Notes: generated by a model not told the origin, from the letters alone. Counted from the first letter of the stretch, positions 1-9,962 are shown. The stretch: DNA of 64,000 nucleotides from Candidatus Methanimicrococcus labiotermitis (GCA_009784005.1 WRCE01000003.1:10519-74518); one strand, 5' to 3'. Translations and numbers: made by a program.

Positions 1-478
<478 letters not shown>

Positions 479-540
479 AAAAAACAACAAAGATACTGCC
501 GGCATTAAAAAAATACCGGCGGACCGGAAAATAAAAAAAA

Positions 541-834
541 TTATTTCGGCCGGTCGGCTTTGTTGAAAGCGTTTGAGAATTCATCACATGCCGCCATGAT
601 TTTGGCGGAGATGTCCTTTAAAATCTCAATCGGCTTCTCACCGGGCATTGTTTTGATGTAGAGAACCGGTTCTCTCTCAACGGAGTTGGAGAGTCTTTTC
701 ACGTCATAGAAAGCGGTTTCCACGCGCGGGTCTTCAAGAAGCGTCGCTTTGATGATATTCATAAGAGTGTGGGTTTCCCCTTTAACGAGAATTTCCATCT
801 CGTCTTTGCCTTGCGAAAGAATTGTAATTTCCAT
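541..834 (-). CDS. rpo11: DNA-directed RNA polymerase subunit L (Rpo11)
   Basis: MEITILSQGKDEMEILVKGETHTLMNIIKATLLEDPRVETAFYDVK...PVLYIKT matches the RpoL pattern (ExxxExHTLxNxL...). It is adjacent to csl4, as is usual in archaea. I prefer the ATG at 834 over the GTG at 846. Confidence 0.85.
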   Translation of the reverse strand: MEITILSQGKDEMEILVKGETHTLMNIIKATLLEDPRVETAFYDVKRLSNSVEREPVLYIKTMPGEKPIEILKDISAKIMAACDEFSNAFNKADRPK

Positions 835-929
835 AATTAATCTCACTTAAAACTGAATCAATAAAATCTGTTAATGTGGTTTCTGAAACAAATAATTTCT
901 GATTGATACTTGCAAAAAACGGAAAAGGG

Positions 930-2234
930 TTAAGGCATCGGAGCAATGCCTTTTCCGTATCCGTCAGCCAATTTGCGGCGCTCGCGGCTGCCGCAGTTGC
1001 CGCAAACCAAAACATCGCCGTCTCTTGTCAGTGATGTTTTGCATTTGGAACAATAAGCTTTTAAAACGCCGAGGCTGCTGTCAACAGTGGACAAGCCGAT
1101 TTTGCTGCTGTCAATCACTTTGGCGCGGACAATGTCACCGACGGAGAACTCATCGGCAACGGACTTGGCAAAACCGTCTTTGATGTTGGAAACATAAATT
1201 TCGGCATTGCCCTTGTTAACGATTTCTTCGTCCAAACTTTTTTCCGCCGCGACCAAGTCGACGCGGGCGTTGGATTCGCGAACGTCGGTAATCGAGACAA
1301 TGACAACATCGCCTTCAGTGATGGTGTTTAATGTCTTAGTCTTTGGAATAATTGCAATCATGCGGTGTTCGCTGTTGATGCCGACAACGCCCATAACGGT
1401 TGAGCGGATTGTGCCGTCATCGTTAACGGTCCCAAAACCGGGTTTGTATTCTTCGATTGTGCCGACGGCTTCGCCCGGAAAAACGAAGCGTTTCGTTTTC
1501 TCAAAAACAATTTTTTCGGGGCGCTTCTTCTTCTCGCCGGGTTTGCGGCCGCCTCTGCGGTCTCCGCCGCGGTCTCCGCGGTCGCCTCTGCCGCCGTTTC
1601 TGTCACGGTCGCCTCTGCCGCCGCGGTCGTCTCTGCCGCCGCGGTCGCCTCGGCCGCCGAATTCGCCTCTTCCGCCGCGTTCGCCACGGCCGCCGAATTC
1701 GCTTCTGCCGCTGCGTTCGCCGCCGCGTTCGCCGCTTCGTTCGCCTCTGCTGACGAATTCGCCTCTGCCGCTTTGTTCGTCTCTGACGGGGCGTTCACTT
1801 CTGACGACTTGTTCATCTCTGGCGGGGCGCTCGCTTCTGACAGGGCGTTCATCTCTGACGACTTGTTCGTCTCTGACGGGGCGCTCACTTCTGACGGGAC
1901 GTTCGCCTCTGCCGCTGTCGCCGTTTTGGCTTTCGGCCGGGCGGGCGTTTCCGGCAGGGGGCCTTCTTTCGCCGCGGGGTTCACCGCGGGGTTCGTCGCC
2001 GGCATCCTCTTCCTTATTTTCACTCACGCGGTTGACTCGCTTAACCGGTTTTTTCGCTGCCTCTTCTTTGGGAGCGATTTCGGGTTTGGGACGGCGCGGA
2101 ATTCTTGATTTTTGAGGAGCTTCGGGTACGGTTTCAACCGTTTCGGGCATTTCCTTAATTTCCTTAGGTTCGTCGGTTTTAGATGACACTTCTTTCAGTC
2201 TTCTTCGGATCGGTTTCTTTTGAACTCTGCTCAT
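930..2234 (-). CDS. csl4: Exosome RNA-binding subunit Csl4 with a ~245-aa arginine/glycine/glutamate-rich repetitive N-terminal extension
   Basis: The C-terminal ~185 aa (FVFPGEAVGTIEEYKPGFGT...IVRAKVID...CSKCKTSL...LVCGNCGSRERRKL) correspond to the Csl4 N-domain, S1 domain and zinc ribbon. The N-terminus holds RGG/RGD and RSERPVRDEQVV repeats. There is no internal Met upstream of the Csl4 core. Confidence 0.8.
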   Translation of the reverse strand: MSRVQKKPIRRRLKEVSSKTDEPKEIKEMPETVETVPEAPQKSRIPRRPKPEIAPKEEAAKKPVKRVNRVSENKEEDAGDEPRGEPRGERRPPAGNARPAESQNGDSGRGERPVRSERPVRDEQVVRDERPVRSERPARDEQVVRSERPVRDEQSGRGEFVSRGERSGERGGERSGRSEFGGRGERGGRGEFGGRGDRGGRDDRGGRGDRDRNGGRGDRGDRGGDRRGGRKPGEKKKRPEKIVFEKTKRFVFPGEAVGTIEEYKPGFGTVNDDGTIRSTVMGVVGINSEHRMIAIIPKTKTLNTITEGDVVIVSITDVRESNARVDLVAAEKSLDEEIVNKGNAEIYVSNIKDGFAKSVADEFSVGDIVRAKVIDSSKIGLSTVDSSLGVLKAYCSKCKTSLTRDGDVLVCGNCGSRERRKLADGYGKGIAPMP

Positions 2235-2535
2235 AAATGAACCTTCGTGATTTGATAATTGTGAATTTGATAATTGTAAAAGCGCCGACCCGATATTCTT
2301 TTGCTGAAAGCGGCGGGCTTAAATTTGAATTAATTTGAATTAATTTGTATGAATTTGTATGAATTTGTATTCGATTCTGAATAGACATATGTGTTAATTG
2401 TTAATTCACTCGGTCAATGAATAGACATTTAACATAGATAAAATAATGTGTGCTTTTGCGTCTTTCTGCGCTTTTTCTGTGCTTTTTCTGCACTTTTTCT
2501 TCGCTTTTTCCGCGTCTTTTTCCATGTCTTCCCAG

Positions 2536-3192
2536 TCAAATATTGTCTTGACCGGAATCGATTCTGTATATCTCGACATCAAACGTTTGAATGTCTTTCT
2601 TATGAAAGTCAAACGTTCTTCGGATTGGAAAGTCTGTTATAAAGCAGTTTGTTATAACAGCGGGTTTAATAAATTTTTCTATAAAAGCGCGGCTCCCTTT
2701 GTTATGAATGGAATAAACCGTGCCGCCCGCTTTGAGCGCCGCGGTTAAAAACGGCCTGTCTTGCCCCTTCTTCTGCGCCCCAAACGGCGGATTCATGAGA
2801 ACAGTATCCGCCCGCTTCAGCTTTTTGGATTCGATGCATTCCGGAATTTCCGTGACATTCTAAACGAGAAAATCGAGCGCTTCGTTCGCGCCCGTTTCAT
2901 CAATTTCCGCTTTCATCCCGGCCGCGTTTTTAACGGCGTTAGAGACGGCGCCGTCATCAATATCAAATCCGATCACTTCTTTTGCGCCGAGAAGCGCGGC
3001 GCCGATTGAAAGGATACCTGTGCCGCAGCCCAAATCGTAAACCGTTTTGCCTTCAATGTCACCGCTCATGAAAGCCAAATGGAGAAAAGGCGCCGCCACC
3101 GTTGCCGGCGTTTTATATTGTTCATAATTGACATTCGGCGTTTCAAACCCCTCCACCTTTTCAAGCGCGATTTCCAGCTTTCTGAGTTTCAT
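2536..3192 (-). CDS. METTL5-like SAM-dependent RNA (N6-adenine) methyltransferase (COG2263 type), interrupted by one in-frame TAG at complement(2860..2862)
   Basis: The two track ORFs (2860..3210 and 2536..2796) are in the same frame. The junction reads ...[43 protein letters not shown]... The SAM motif [10 protein letters not shown] lies upstream and the NPPFG, YSIH and FIEKF motifs lie downstream. Total length (~218 codons) is normal for the family. Confidence 0.65.
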
Positions 3193-3208
3193 GAATTGAC
3201 CGCCTTTC

Positions 3209-3263
3209 AATTAATCCTTTGAATTAATCCTTTCAATTAATTCTTTGAATTAATCCTTTCAAT
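3209..3263. repeat. Intergenic minisatellite, ~14-bp unit (CAATTAATCCTTTG)
   Basis: Four copies between the methylase and dph2. Confidence 0.8.
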
Positions 3264-3269
3264 TTTTGT

Positions 3270-4394
3270 TTAATCCTGTCCGCCTTCTAAAATTTCATCC
3301 AAAACCAAATCTTCCCATGCCCGCTCACCCAAAACGATTTCAAACTCTTCGGGCGTTAAAACAGAGGCGGGATACCGGCCGGAATCATCGATTGCCAATC
3401 TCGGACAAGCCGTATTCACAAAGGCGTCCGCTTTGAATGAAAGCATTTGGTCGGGCGTCACCAAATCCATAAACAGAATAAACGCCTGTTTTTTGTGCGC
3501 CTCAGCTTTCGTTTTTAAGGATTCGGCTAATTTTTTCCGATACTGACCGTTTTTAACGGAAACCAAAATACAAAAGATTTCAGCGTTCGCCGCGTTGCCG
3601 ATGACCGCGCTTCGCTGCATTAAAAATTTTCGGGAATCGAGTTCAAAAACCTCTGTTGTAAACGGGTCGGCGCAAACGACACGCTTTTTGGATGACAAAG
3701 CGGCGCCGATGGGATGAAACTGGCCGCTGCCGATGTATAGAAAAACGTCACATGTTTTCGTGACATCGGAATGCGCCGCCGAGAAATTGCAGCCGAGAAT
3801 CTGACCGGGATGCGCGATGCGGCTGTCGCCGTTTGAGATGACAACGGTTTTCCCCGCGTCTTCCAATATCTTCTGCGCCGTTTTCAACCGGTGAACGTGC
3901 TGAACCGTTGTCAAGAGGCCGACATTTTTTTCGGGCAACAGCGGGAGCGCCGAAATCACCGCGTTTGTGACATCAACTTTGGAACGGGTTTCGATGAAGC
4001 AAACCTTTTCCTCCGCCGCCCCTTGTTTTAATTCGGAATGGCCGAAATGGAAAAGAACGTCCGCGCATTCCAAAAGACGCGTATCCAAATCGCAGGCGCC
4101 GAAACACGGGTCGGCTGAGATGTAAACAACAGACCCCTTCGTTTCTTCGATTTGAGAGGAAATATGCAGGGCGTGCTTTTTCAAGCCTTCCGGGAATTGC
4201 AGGCCGACAACGATTTCGTTTGTTTGCCGCCCGGATTTTTGTGACAGAGCGTCGATCTTATCAAAAACCGTCTGCATTTCAAAATCATAAGACGATTCAG
4301 AGAGCGGTAAAGAAGAAGCGCGAGAGGAAGAGAGAGAAGAATCGCGGGAATCGCGAGAGGGAGAGAGAGAAGAATCGCGAGAAGAACGGTTCAT
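3270..4394 (-). CDS. dph2: 2-(3-amino-3-carboxypropyl)histidine synthase Dph2 (diphthamide biosynthesis) with a Ser/Arg-rich repeat at the N-terminus
   Basis: GLQFPEGLKKHALHISSQIEE...ISADPCFGACD...HFGHS is typical of archaeal Dph2. An alternative start is Met40 (complement 4275..4277). The gene overlaps hpt by 4 nt. Confidence 0.85.
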   Translation of the reverse strand: MNRSSRDSSLSPSRDSRDSSLSSSRASSLPLSESSYDFEMQTVFDKIDALSQKSGRQTNEIVVGLQFPEGLKKHALHISSQIEETKGSVVYISADPCFGACDLDTRLLECADVLFHFGHSELKQGAAEEKVCFIETRSKVDVTNAVISALPLLPEKNVGLLTTVQHVHRLKTAQKILEDAGKTVVISNGDSRIAHPGQILGCNFSAAHSDVTKTCDVFLYIGSGQFHPIGAALSSKKRVVCADPFTTEVFELDSRKFLMQRSAVIGNAANAEIFCILVSVKNGQYRKKLAESLKTKAEAHKKQAFILFMDLVTPDQMLSFKADAFVNTACPRLAIDDSGRYPASVLTPEEFEIVLGERAWEDLVLDEILEGGQD

Positions 4395-4981
4395 ACAACG
4401 CCCCCCGTCACCGTGACGCCTTTTTCTGAAACGTCGATGTCAACCAAAACCGTCACATCAATGCCGCTTTTCTCTTTGACGCGGGCCGCGCCGTCACCGC
4501 GACCGATGACACCATAGACGCCGGCAACGATTACGCCCATCCTTTTCAAAGTTTCCAAAAGCGGAATCAATGTTCCGCCCGTGCTGACCACGTCATCAAC
4601 AATTATGACACGCTCCCCTTCACGAAGACCGTTAATGAAGAGGGAACCTTTGGAATAGCCGGTGGACTGTGACAATTCCACTTCGCCGGGCAAACCGTAT
4701 TTCCTTTTACGAATAATGGAAACGGGGCGGCGCGTTTTCAAAGATAGGGCTGTCGCAATCGGAAGGCCCATGGCTTCGATGGTGACAATCATGTCATAAT
4801 CATTTTTCTGCGCCGAAAAAATGTAATCGGCAATTTCCTCCAAAATCGCCGGGTCGGTTTTTGGAATACCGTCAGAAATCGGGTGAATGAAATAATTGTA
4901 AATTTGCCCTCCGGATTCCTTTTGAATCACGGGAGCCTCTTCTAAGGACTTTTTTAACTTGTCAAGCATATTTTTATTCAA
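4391..4981 (-). CDS. hpt: Hypoxanthine/guanine phosphoribosyltransferase (archaeal type)
   Basis: YFIHPISDGIP...EAMGLPIATALSLKT..P...RKRKYGLPGEV....TGYS plus the PRPP loop VIIVDDVVSTGGT. This closely resembles the methanogen Hpt I recall. Confidence 0.85.
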   Translation of the reverse strand: MNKNMLDKLKKSLEEAPVIQKESGGQIYNYFIHPISDGIPKTDPAILEEIADYIFSAQKNDYDMIVTIEAMGLPIATALSLKTRRPVSIIRKRKYGLPGEVELSQSTGYSKGSLFINGLREGERVIIVDDVVSTGGTLIPLLETLKRMGVIVAGVYGVIGRGDGAARVKEKSGIDVTVLVDIDVSEKGVTVTGGVV

Positions 4982-5012
4982 GGGCGATTTCGGTATTTAT
5001 AGGTTTATCATA

Positions 5013-5125
5013 GGGAAAAAGGAAAGGGGTGGGAAAAAGGTTGGGAAAAGGGTTGGGAAGTGGAGTGGGAAGGGAAGTGGGAAGGGAAGTGGGAAGGGTT
5101 GGGAAAGGGTTTGAAAAAGGAAAGC
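5013..5125. repeat. G/A-rich minisatellite (GGGAAGGGAAGT-like units)
   Basis: Read directly upstream of hpt. It produces the spurious PTSLPTSLP ORF at 4974..5162. Confidence 0.8.
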
Positions 5126-5251
5126 AAAACCGGACCAATAAGATGCATCGCATTTCGTTCAAAAATGTTTACTTTTCATGCAATGCATACATTTTCGTGT
5201 AAAGCAAAAATTTAGAAATGTTTTTAATGGTGTTATGTTTTTTCCCTTAAG

Positions 5252-6091
5252 ATGATGAGAGTAGACAATTTAAAAGATTGTTTTGTTCAATTTTGCGAGT
5301 TAAGAGACAGAATCTCAAAGGGCGTATCGATAGAGGATATAGATTTCATGTATCCGACAACGCTGGTTCCGTTATTACCGCACATCGAATCCGGCATACC
5401 TGTCAACAAAGAAATCAAAGGTTACATTTCAAGCCTTTCAAAATCTGACGGAAAAAGTGAGAAGTATGTTTTTGAAAGGATAAAACGTTCGCAGGAGCCA
5501 CAGATGATATATCCTTGGATTTATGAATTTTCAAAACGGCACAATTATGATGCAAACTCATTGGCTTATTTCGTTTATGAGTTAATTGCAAACATCAGGG
5601 AACATTCAGATTTCACAACCGCTTTCGCGATGGCGCAGTCTTACGGAGGCCATAACAACTTTCTCGAATTTTGTTTATACGATGACGGAATTACAATTCC
5701 GGAATCTTTAAGACGTTCAGATGCAAGTTTTAAATTCCTTGATGATTGTGTTGTTATCAATGAAGCATTAAACGGAGAATCTTCAAAAAAAAAGGATAAA
5801 GGAAGAGGGCACGGAATGAATACCTCTGCGCAGGTTGTTGTTGACGGGTACAAAGGTGAATTATTTATCGCCTCATCAAACGGTTCGATAAATATCAAAT
5901 CCGGAACCGAACGGCTATGCCTTTACAACACGCAAAAATATTGTAAGATAGAAGGAACATTAATCAGTTTAAGAATACCGCACATAGAAAAGGAAGTACC
6001 GGAAAAGAAAGTATCTGTCTATACATATGTGGAAAAAATAAGAAAATTCAAAGGCGAGGTGATAGAAGATGGCCCAAACAGTGAATGTTGA
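5252..6091 (+). CDS. GHKL-superfamily (histidine-kinase-like / SpoIIAB-like) ATPase, standalone
   Basis: Bergerat-fold boxes are present: YELIANIREHSDF (N box), LYDDGITIPESL (G1-like) and KGRGHGMNTS (G2-like). The locus is AT-rich and overlaps the next gene by 23 nt. Confidence 0.6.
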   Translation: MMRVDNLKDCFVQFCELRDRISKGVSIEDIDFMYPTTLVPLLPHIESGIPVNKEIKGYISSLSKSDGKSEKYVFERIKRSQEPQMIYPWIYEFSKRHNYDANSLAYFVYELIANIREHSDFTTAFAMAQSYGGHNNFLEFCLYDDGITIPESLRRSDASFKFLDDCVVINEALNGESSKKKDKGRGHGMNTSAQVVVDGYKGELFIASSNGSINIKSGTERLCLYNTQKYCKIEGTLISLRIPHIEKEVPEKKVSVYTYVEKIRKFKGEVIEDGPNSEC

Positions 6092-6674
6092 AATAGATAT
6101 TGCTGACGCAATTTCGTCAAATCTGTTTTTGAGAGAATCCGCTATTGATTTTTTTAAGGATATCGAAAACAGAACGGAGGCGGAGGTAATTATTGATTTT
6201 GCGAGTGTCGATTTTATGAATCGGTCGTTTGCGCACGAATACCTGACACAAAAAAGCAAAAGCGCAAAAATGATTTCAGAAACACACGTCTCTGAAGATG
6301 TTCAAAATATGCTCGACATTGTTTTAAAAGTTCATCAAAATGAATTTAAAAAAGATAAAGCAGATCAACGGGATACGAAATTAATCAGACTGATCCTCCT
6401 TAATTCAATAGTTGTCGGCGGTGCTGACAGGATTGATCATGTAGCGGCCGCCGTTGTGGAAACGTACGATGCTGAAGAAATTAAGGAATTGATTACCGAA
6501 TTCAAAATGTTGAATCTCGGCGAGGCGATGTCACCTGCGATTATTGCCGTTTTTAATTTCATATTTAACTCACACATTCAAAATCCGCAGGTCGGAGATT
6601 CAGTTAAAAGCCGAACATTGCTGATCAATTCTATTTCTGAAAAGGCGCGCGAAAAAGGATTGAAGATCGACTGA
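6069..6674 (+). CDS. STAS-like (DUF4325-type) domain protein with a C-terminal extension
   Basis: The N-terminal ~90 aa (...AEVIIDFASVDFMNRSFAHEYL...) resemble the STAS-like DUF4325 family, which usually sits next to a small GHKL ATPase. The remainder is unassigned. Confidence 0.5.
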   Translation: MAQTVNVEIDIADAISSNLFLRESAIDFFKDIENRTEAEVIIDFASVDFMNRSFAHEYLTQKSKSAKMISETHVSEDVQNMLDIVLKVHQNEFKKDKADQRDTKLIRLILLNSIVVGGADRIDHVAAAVVETYDAEEIKELITEFKMLNLGEAMSPAIIAVFNFIFNSHIQNPQVGDSVKSRTLLINSISEKAREKGLKID

Positions 6675-6966
6675 TCACTTTTCATTTTTTTAATCAGCTC
6701 AAATCCCTGTCTTTATTCGTTAGTTTCATGACTCACAGGCTTTGCCGGTCAGCATGTAAAGGGCTTTGATTCAATCCGAGTGGTCAATGGCGCCAACCTA
6801 TAATTCGGCACCGGAATCGATTGCTGGGTTCAACCACCGCCTCCCCGTCACATAAAAAATTGCGTGTTGTTCCCGCCGGGAATCAAAAAAATAAAAATGG
6901 AAGAATGAAAAGAGATAATGTGGCTTGTTTTTTTAAAAAAATAAAGGAATGAAAATTTGATTCTCA

Positions 6967-9282
6967 TCAAATCTTCAAATTTCTCGGATCTGCGCGCGTC
7001 CTGTCAACCAGTTCCTGTCTCTTGCCGGCGTTCCAGCCGTCAACGGACTGGAGGTAGCCGGTAATCCGGGACAAGTGGTCGATGTTGTGAGAACCGCATT
7101 TCGGACAGCTTTCTTTGATGCCTGAAGCGACATAGCCTTCGTCTTTGCACACCGTCATATCGCGCGTGAAGGCGAAGTAACCGGTATGCGTGTTCTTGGC
7201 GATGTGCATAGCCATTTCCTGAAGGCCGTCGGGGTCGGGCGTTCCTTCGCCGAGCCAGATGTGGAGGATGTTTCCGCCGTCAACGATTGGGAAGAAGGTT
7301 TGCTCGTAATTGATCCTGTCAATAATTGAAATGTCCGCGCCCGGCGGGATGTGGGTGCCGTTGGTGTAGTAGACCGGCAAATCCTTTGAGACGCCGAGTT
7401 CTCTTTTCGTCAATTCGACATCGCCGTTCATATTCTTTTCAGCTTTTTCGGCGTATTCGGGATGCAAAAGGTCAGAAACGGCGAATCTCTGAGCGGTTGT
7501 CTCGGCAGGCGTTCTGGCAAGAGCGATTTCAATGCCGTTTTCCGAAGACAGCTTCTGAGCATACATTTTCATTTCATACATAATCCGAACCGCGAACTTA
7601 TAGGAGTCTTTAGATTCGTATATGGCTTTTCCGGTGTGGTATTGAACCATTTCATTGATGCCGACAACGCCGATTGTGTAGACGAGACTGTCAAAGTCAA
7701 CGGCAATCGCGCCTTTTTGGCCGGTGTTCGGGTCTTTTGGCGTCATCGCGGCGAACGGGATTCGGTTGCATTCCAACAAGTGGTCCATCCACTTCTTCTT
7801 CACGCGGAAGACTTCAATGGATTTGTCCATGAGATGTTTAAGCTCGCCAATCAGCTTTTGGTCATCGCGCTCGGCTTTGTAGGCGGCGCGCGGGCAGTTG
7901 AGCGACATAACCATCCATGACCCCATGGAGAAGTGTTTGCCGTCTTTGAAATAAAGCTTGTCGTCGAACAAATCGTCATCTTCGGGATTTGCTGAGAACT
8001 GGTAAGCGCAGCACTGGTAACAGCTGATGCCTTCGCCGGCGCCGCGGTATTCCGGAATTTGATTATCGAAATAGGGTGTTCCGAACTTGGCCGCCAACTC
8101 AAAGGTAAGGCGGTACAGTTCTTTGTAAGTCAACGCTTCGGGATGAGCGGCGTTAAACGCGTCATTCTCTTCCATGAAATCCGGTTCTATCGAAATTTCG
8201 GGTTTCGGGAAACTGAACGGCTTGCCCCAGGCATCGCCTTTAAGCATCACAACCATCAAAGCGCGAAAACCCTGACGGACCTCTTTTTCGAGCTCGCCGT
8301 AAGTCCACTTTTTGACGCCGTTTGTGCCGTCCCAGACTTTTCCCATCGCAACGATGGGCTTGTCTCTCCACAGCTTCGGAACGCCTGGGGAAAGCTGAAC
8401 GGATGAGAAAACCGTCTGGCCGCCGCGGGCGCACATCATCTGCATCATTTCGTAAACGAACATTTGCATGAGCTGTTCAAGGTCCTTGTCGGTTTTGCCC
8501 ACGAAGTAGGGCGCAAGGAAGGTTAAGAAGTTGTAAAAGCCCTGTCCGCCGGCAAAGTTGGTCTGGGCGGAACCCATGACCTTTACCGCGTGAAGGATAG
8601 CGACTTCAGCGTTCATTGCCGGTCCCGCGACGCTTGACTGGACACCGACGCCGTCGGGCATGAGGCCGTAGTAGAAGAAGTACCTGAGGTCCCAGTCCTG
8701 ACAAAACGGGCGGGTCCCGAAGTATTCCAAATCGTGAATATGGAAATCGCCGTTTAAGTGAAGGTCGGCCAAGTTGCCGGGCATCAGAAGAAGATTCTGT
8801 TCCTTTGACATCTTGTCGGCTTTCTTTTTGTGAGACGTTTCGGCGTTGTCCAACTGGTTAGCGTTATCATGCGATTCGAATCCGAGACCCGTGTCAATCT
8901 CGCAGGCGTCGTATACGGACGCGCCGACCCTTGTCATGACGTTACGCCATTCGGGGTGATTTCTTTCTAAAAGAATACAATTAACAATTTCACGGACAAG
9001 CGGGCCGGAAAGGAATCCAACCCCCATTTTTTTAATGCGCGCTTCTGTTTCTTTCGCGATATCCATCGCTTCTTCTTTGGAGATGCCGGAGACATTGTAG
9101 AAACGTTCCGCGAGGGGCGTTTCTTTCATCAGCTGGCGGACAATGACATTTCTGTCCCAATCCGTCATGTAGCCGCTGGTTGTTCTGACCTTGGGCATGG
9201 TCGGAACTGTACCGCCGTCAAGTGTTTTCTGGACTTGCCGCGTATCTTTTCCTTCCGTGGTTTGGCTGAATTCTGTTGACAT
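6967..9282 (-). CDS. nrdD: Anaerobic ribonucleoside-triphosphate reductase (class III)
   Basis: 771 aa. The C-terminus has a zinc site (CPKCGS) and the glycyl-radical motif RITGYLQSVDGWNAGKRQE. Confidence 0.95.
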   Translation of the reverse strand: MSTEFSQTTEGKDTRQVQKTLDGGTVPTMPKVRTTSGYMTDWDRNVIVRQLMKETPLAERFYNVSGISKEEAMDIAKETEARIKKMGVGFLSGPLVREIVNCILLERNHPEWRNVMTRVGASVYDACEIDTGLGFESHDNANQLDNAETSHKKKADKMSKEQNLLLMPGNLADLHLNGDFHIHDLEYFGTRPFCQDWDLRYFFYYGLMPDGVGVQSSVAGPAMNAEVAILHAVKVMGSAQTNFAGGQGFYNFLTFLAPYFVGKTDKDLEQLMQMFVYEMMQMMCARGGQTVFSSVQLSPGVPKLWRDKPIVAMGKVWDGTNGVKKWTYGELEKEVRQGFRALMVVMLKGDAWGKPFSFPKPEISIEPDFMEENDAFNAAHPEALTYKELYRLTFELAAKFGTPYFDNQIPEYRGAGEGISCYQCCAYQFSANPEDDDLFDDKLYFKDGKHFSMGSWMVMSLNCPRAAYKAERDDQKLIGELKHLMDKSIEVFRVKKKWMDHLLECNRIPFAAMTPKDPNTGQKGAIAVDFDSLVYTIGVVGINEMVQYHTGKAIYESKDSYKFAVRIMYEMKMYAQKLSSENGIEIALARTPAETTAQRFAVSDLLHPEYAEKAEKNMNGDVELTKRELGVSKDLPVYYTNGTHIPPGADISIIDRINYEQTFFPIVDGGNILHIWLGEGTPDPDGLQEMAMHIAKNTHTGYFAFTRDMTVCKDEGYVASGIKESCPKCGSHNIDHLSRITGYLQSVDGWNAGKRQELVDRTRADPRNLKI

Positions 9283-9382
9283 AAATTGTTCTCCGTTTTT
9301 GGCATAATTAAATTAAATACAAAATGAAATGGTAGACGTTTTTTTAAGTTATGGGAGGCCGATGTTAAATAAAAAATCAGCC

Positions 9383-9546
9383 GTAAATATTAAATTTTAA
9401 GTTCGTAAATGTTAAGCTCGTAAATATTAAGCTCGTAAATGTTAAGCTCGTAAATGTTAAGCTCGTAAATGTTAAGCTCGTAAATATTAAGCTCGTAAAT
9501 ATTTAATTTTAAAATATTAAATTCGTAAATATTAATTTCGTAAATA
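9383..9546. repeat. Intergenic minisatellite, 16-bp unit (GTTAAGCTCGTAAATR)
   Basis: About 10 copies between nrdD and the glutaredoxin gene. Confidence 0.85.
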
Positions 9547-9710
9547 ATTGACTGTTTAGATAATCGATAGTCAGGTAATCAGTCGTCAAGTAATTGACAA
9601 TTAATACAATAGATAATTGTTAGTAACAACAATAGACATTAACAAGTAATATAAAGGTAATTGGAAGGCGGGCGGACACGTTTATGAAAACGTTTCCTGA
9701 GGCGTTCAAT

Positions 9711-9962
9711 TTACGTGATCAATGACATGATTTCTTCTTTGACGGCGTTGCCTTCAAAGATCTCTTTGTAAGTCAGGAACGTATCATCGATCTGAAGGAC
9801 CGGCGCGACGTTTGTAAAGATATTGTTCATAGCCAATTCCGTGAGGGCGTCGGGCGTTCCCATATTCATTTCCTCATACGCGATGTTTTTGGATTGGAAA
9901 TAGCTTTTCAAAATTTTGCATTTCGGGCAAACATCTGTTGTGTATACAATAATCTTTGACAA
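9711..9962 (-). CDS. Glutaredoxin/NrdH-like small redoxin
   Basis: 83 aa with a CPKC active site near the N-terminus (IIVYTTDVCPKCKILK). It lies upstream of nrdD on the same strand. Confidence 0.8.
   Translation of the reverse strand: MSKIIVYTTDVCPKCKILKSYFQSKNIAYEEMNMGTPDALTELAMNNIFTNVAPVLQIDDTFLTYKEIFEGNAVKEEIMSLIT

Noticed and set aside
2406-2612. 68-aa ORF overlapping the 3' end of the methylase gene, and the 82-aa ORF 28047..28295 opposite the start of the small membrane-protein gene.
   Set aside because: Neither has a motif. Both overlap better-supported genes or lie in repeat-rich spacer. Composition is lysine-rich and low-complexity.
4974-5162. Low-complexity ORFs that are translated minisatellites. 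These include 4974..5162, 12589..12906, 14030..14362, 14912..15205, 22097..22455, 27174..27356, 33186..33389, 34662..34883, 35507..35869, 44777..45256 and 47479..47673.
   Set aside because: Their sequence is entirely repeat-derived (PTSLPTSL, LMMILMMIL, RYPLRVIHCAL and similar). They have no start context or domain.
6700-6860. GC-richer, structured-looking ~150-nt segment downstream of both the STAS-like gene and nrdD. I tested it by eye as a tRNA, including an intron-containing one, on both strands.
   Set aside because: I could not build a cloverleaf. There is no complementary acceptor or T-arm around the TTCAACC/TTGAATC candidates. It remains unassigned and needs tRNAscan-SE or Infernal.
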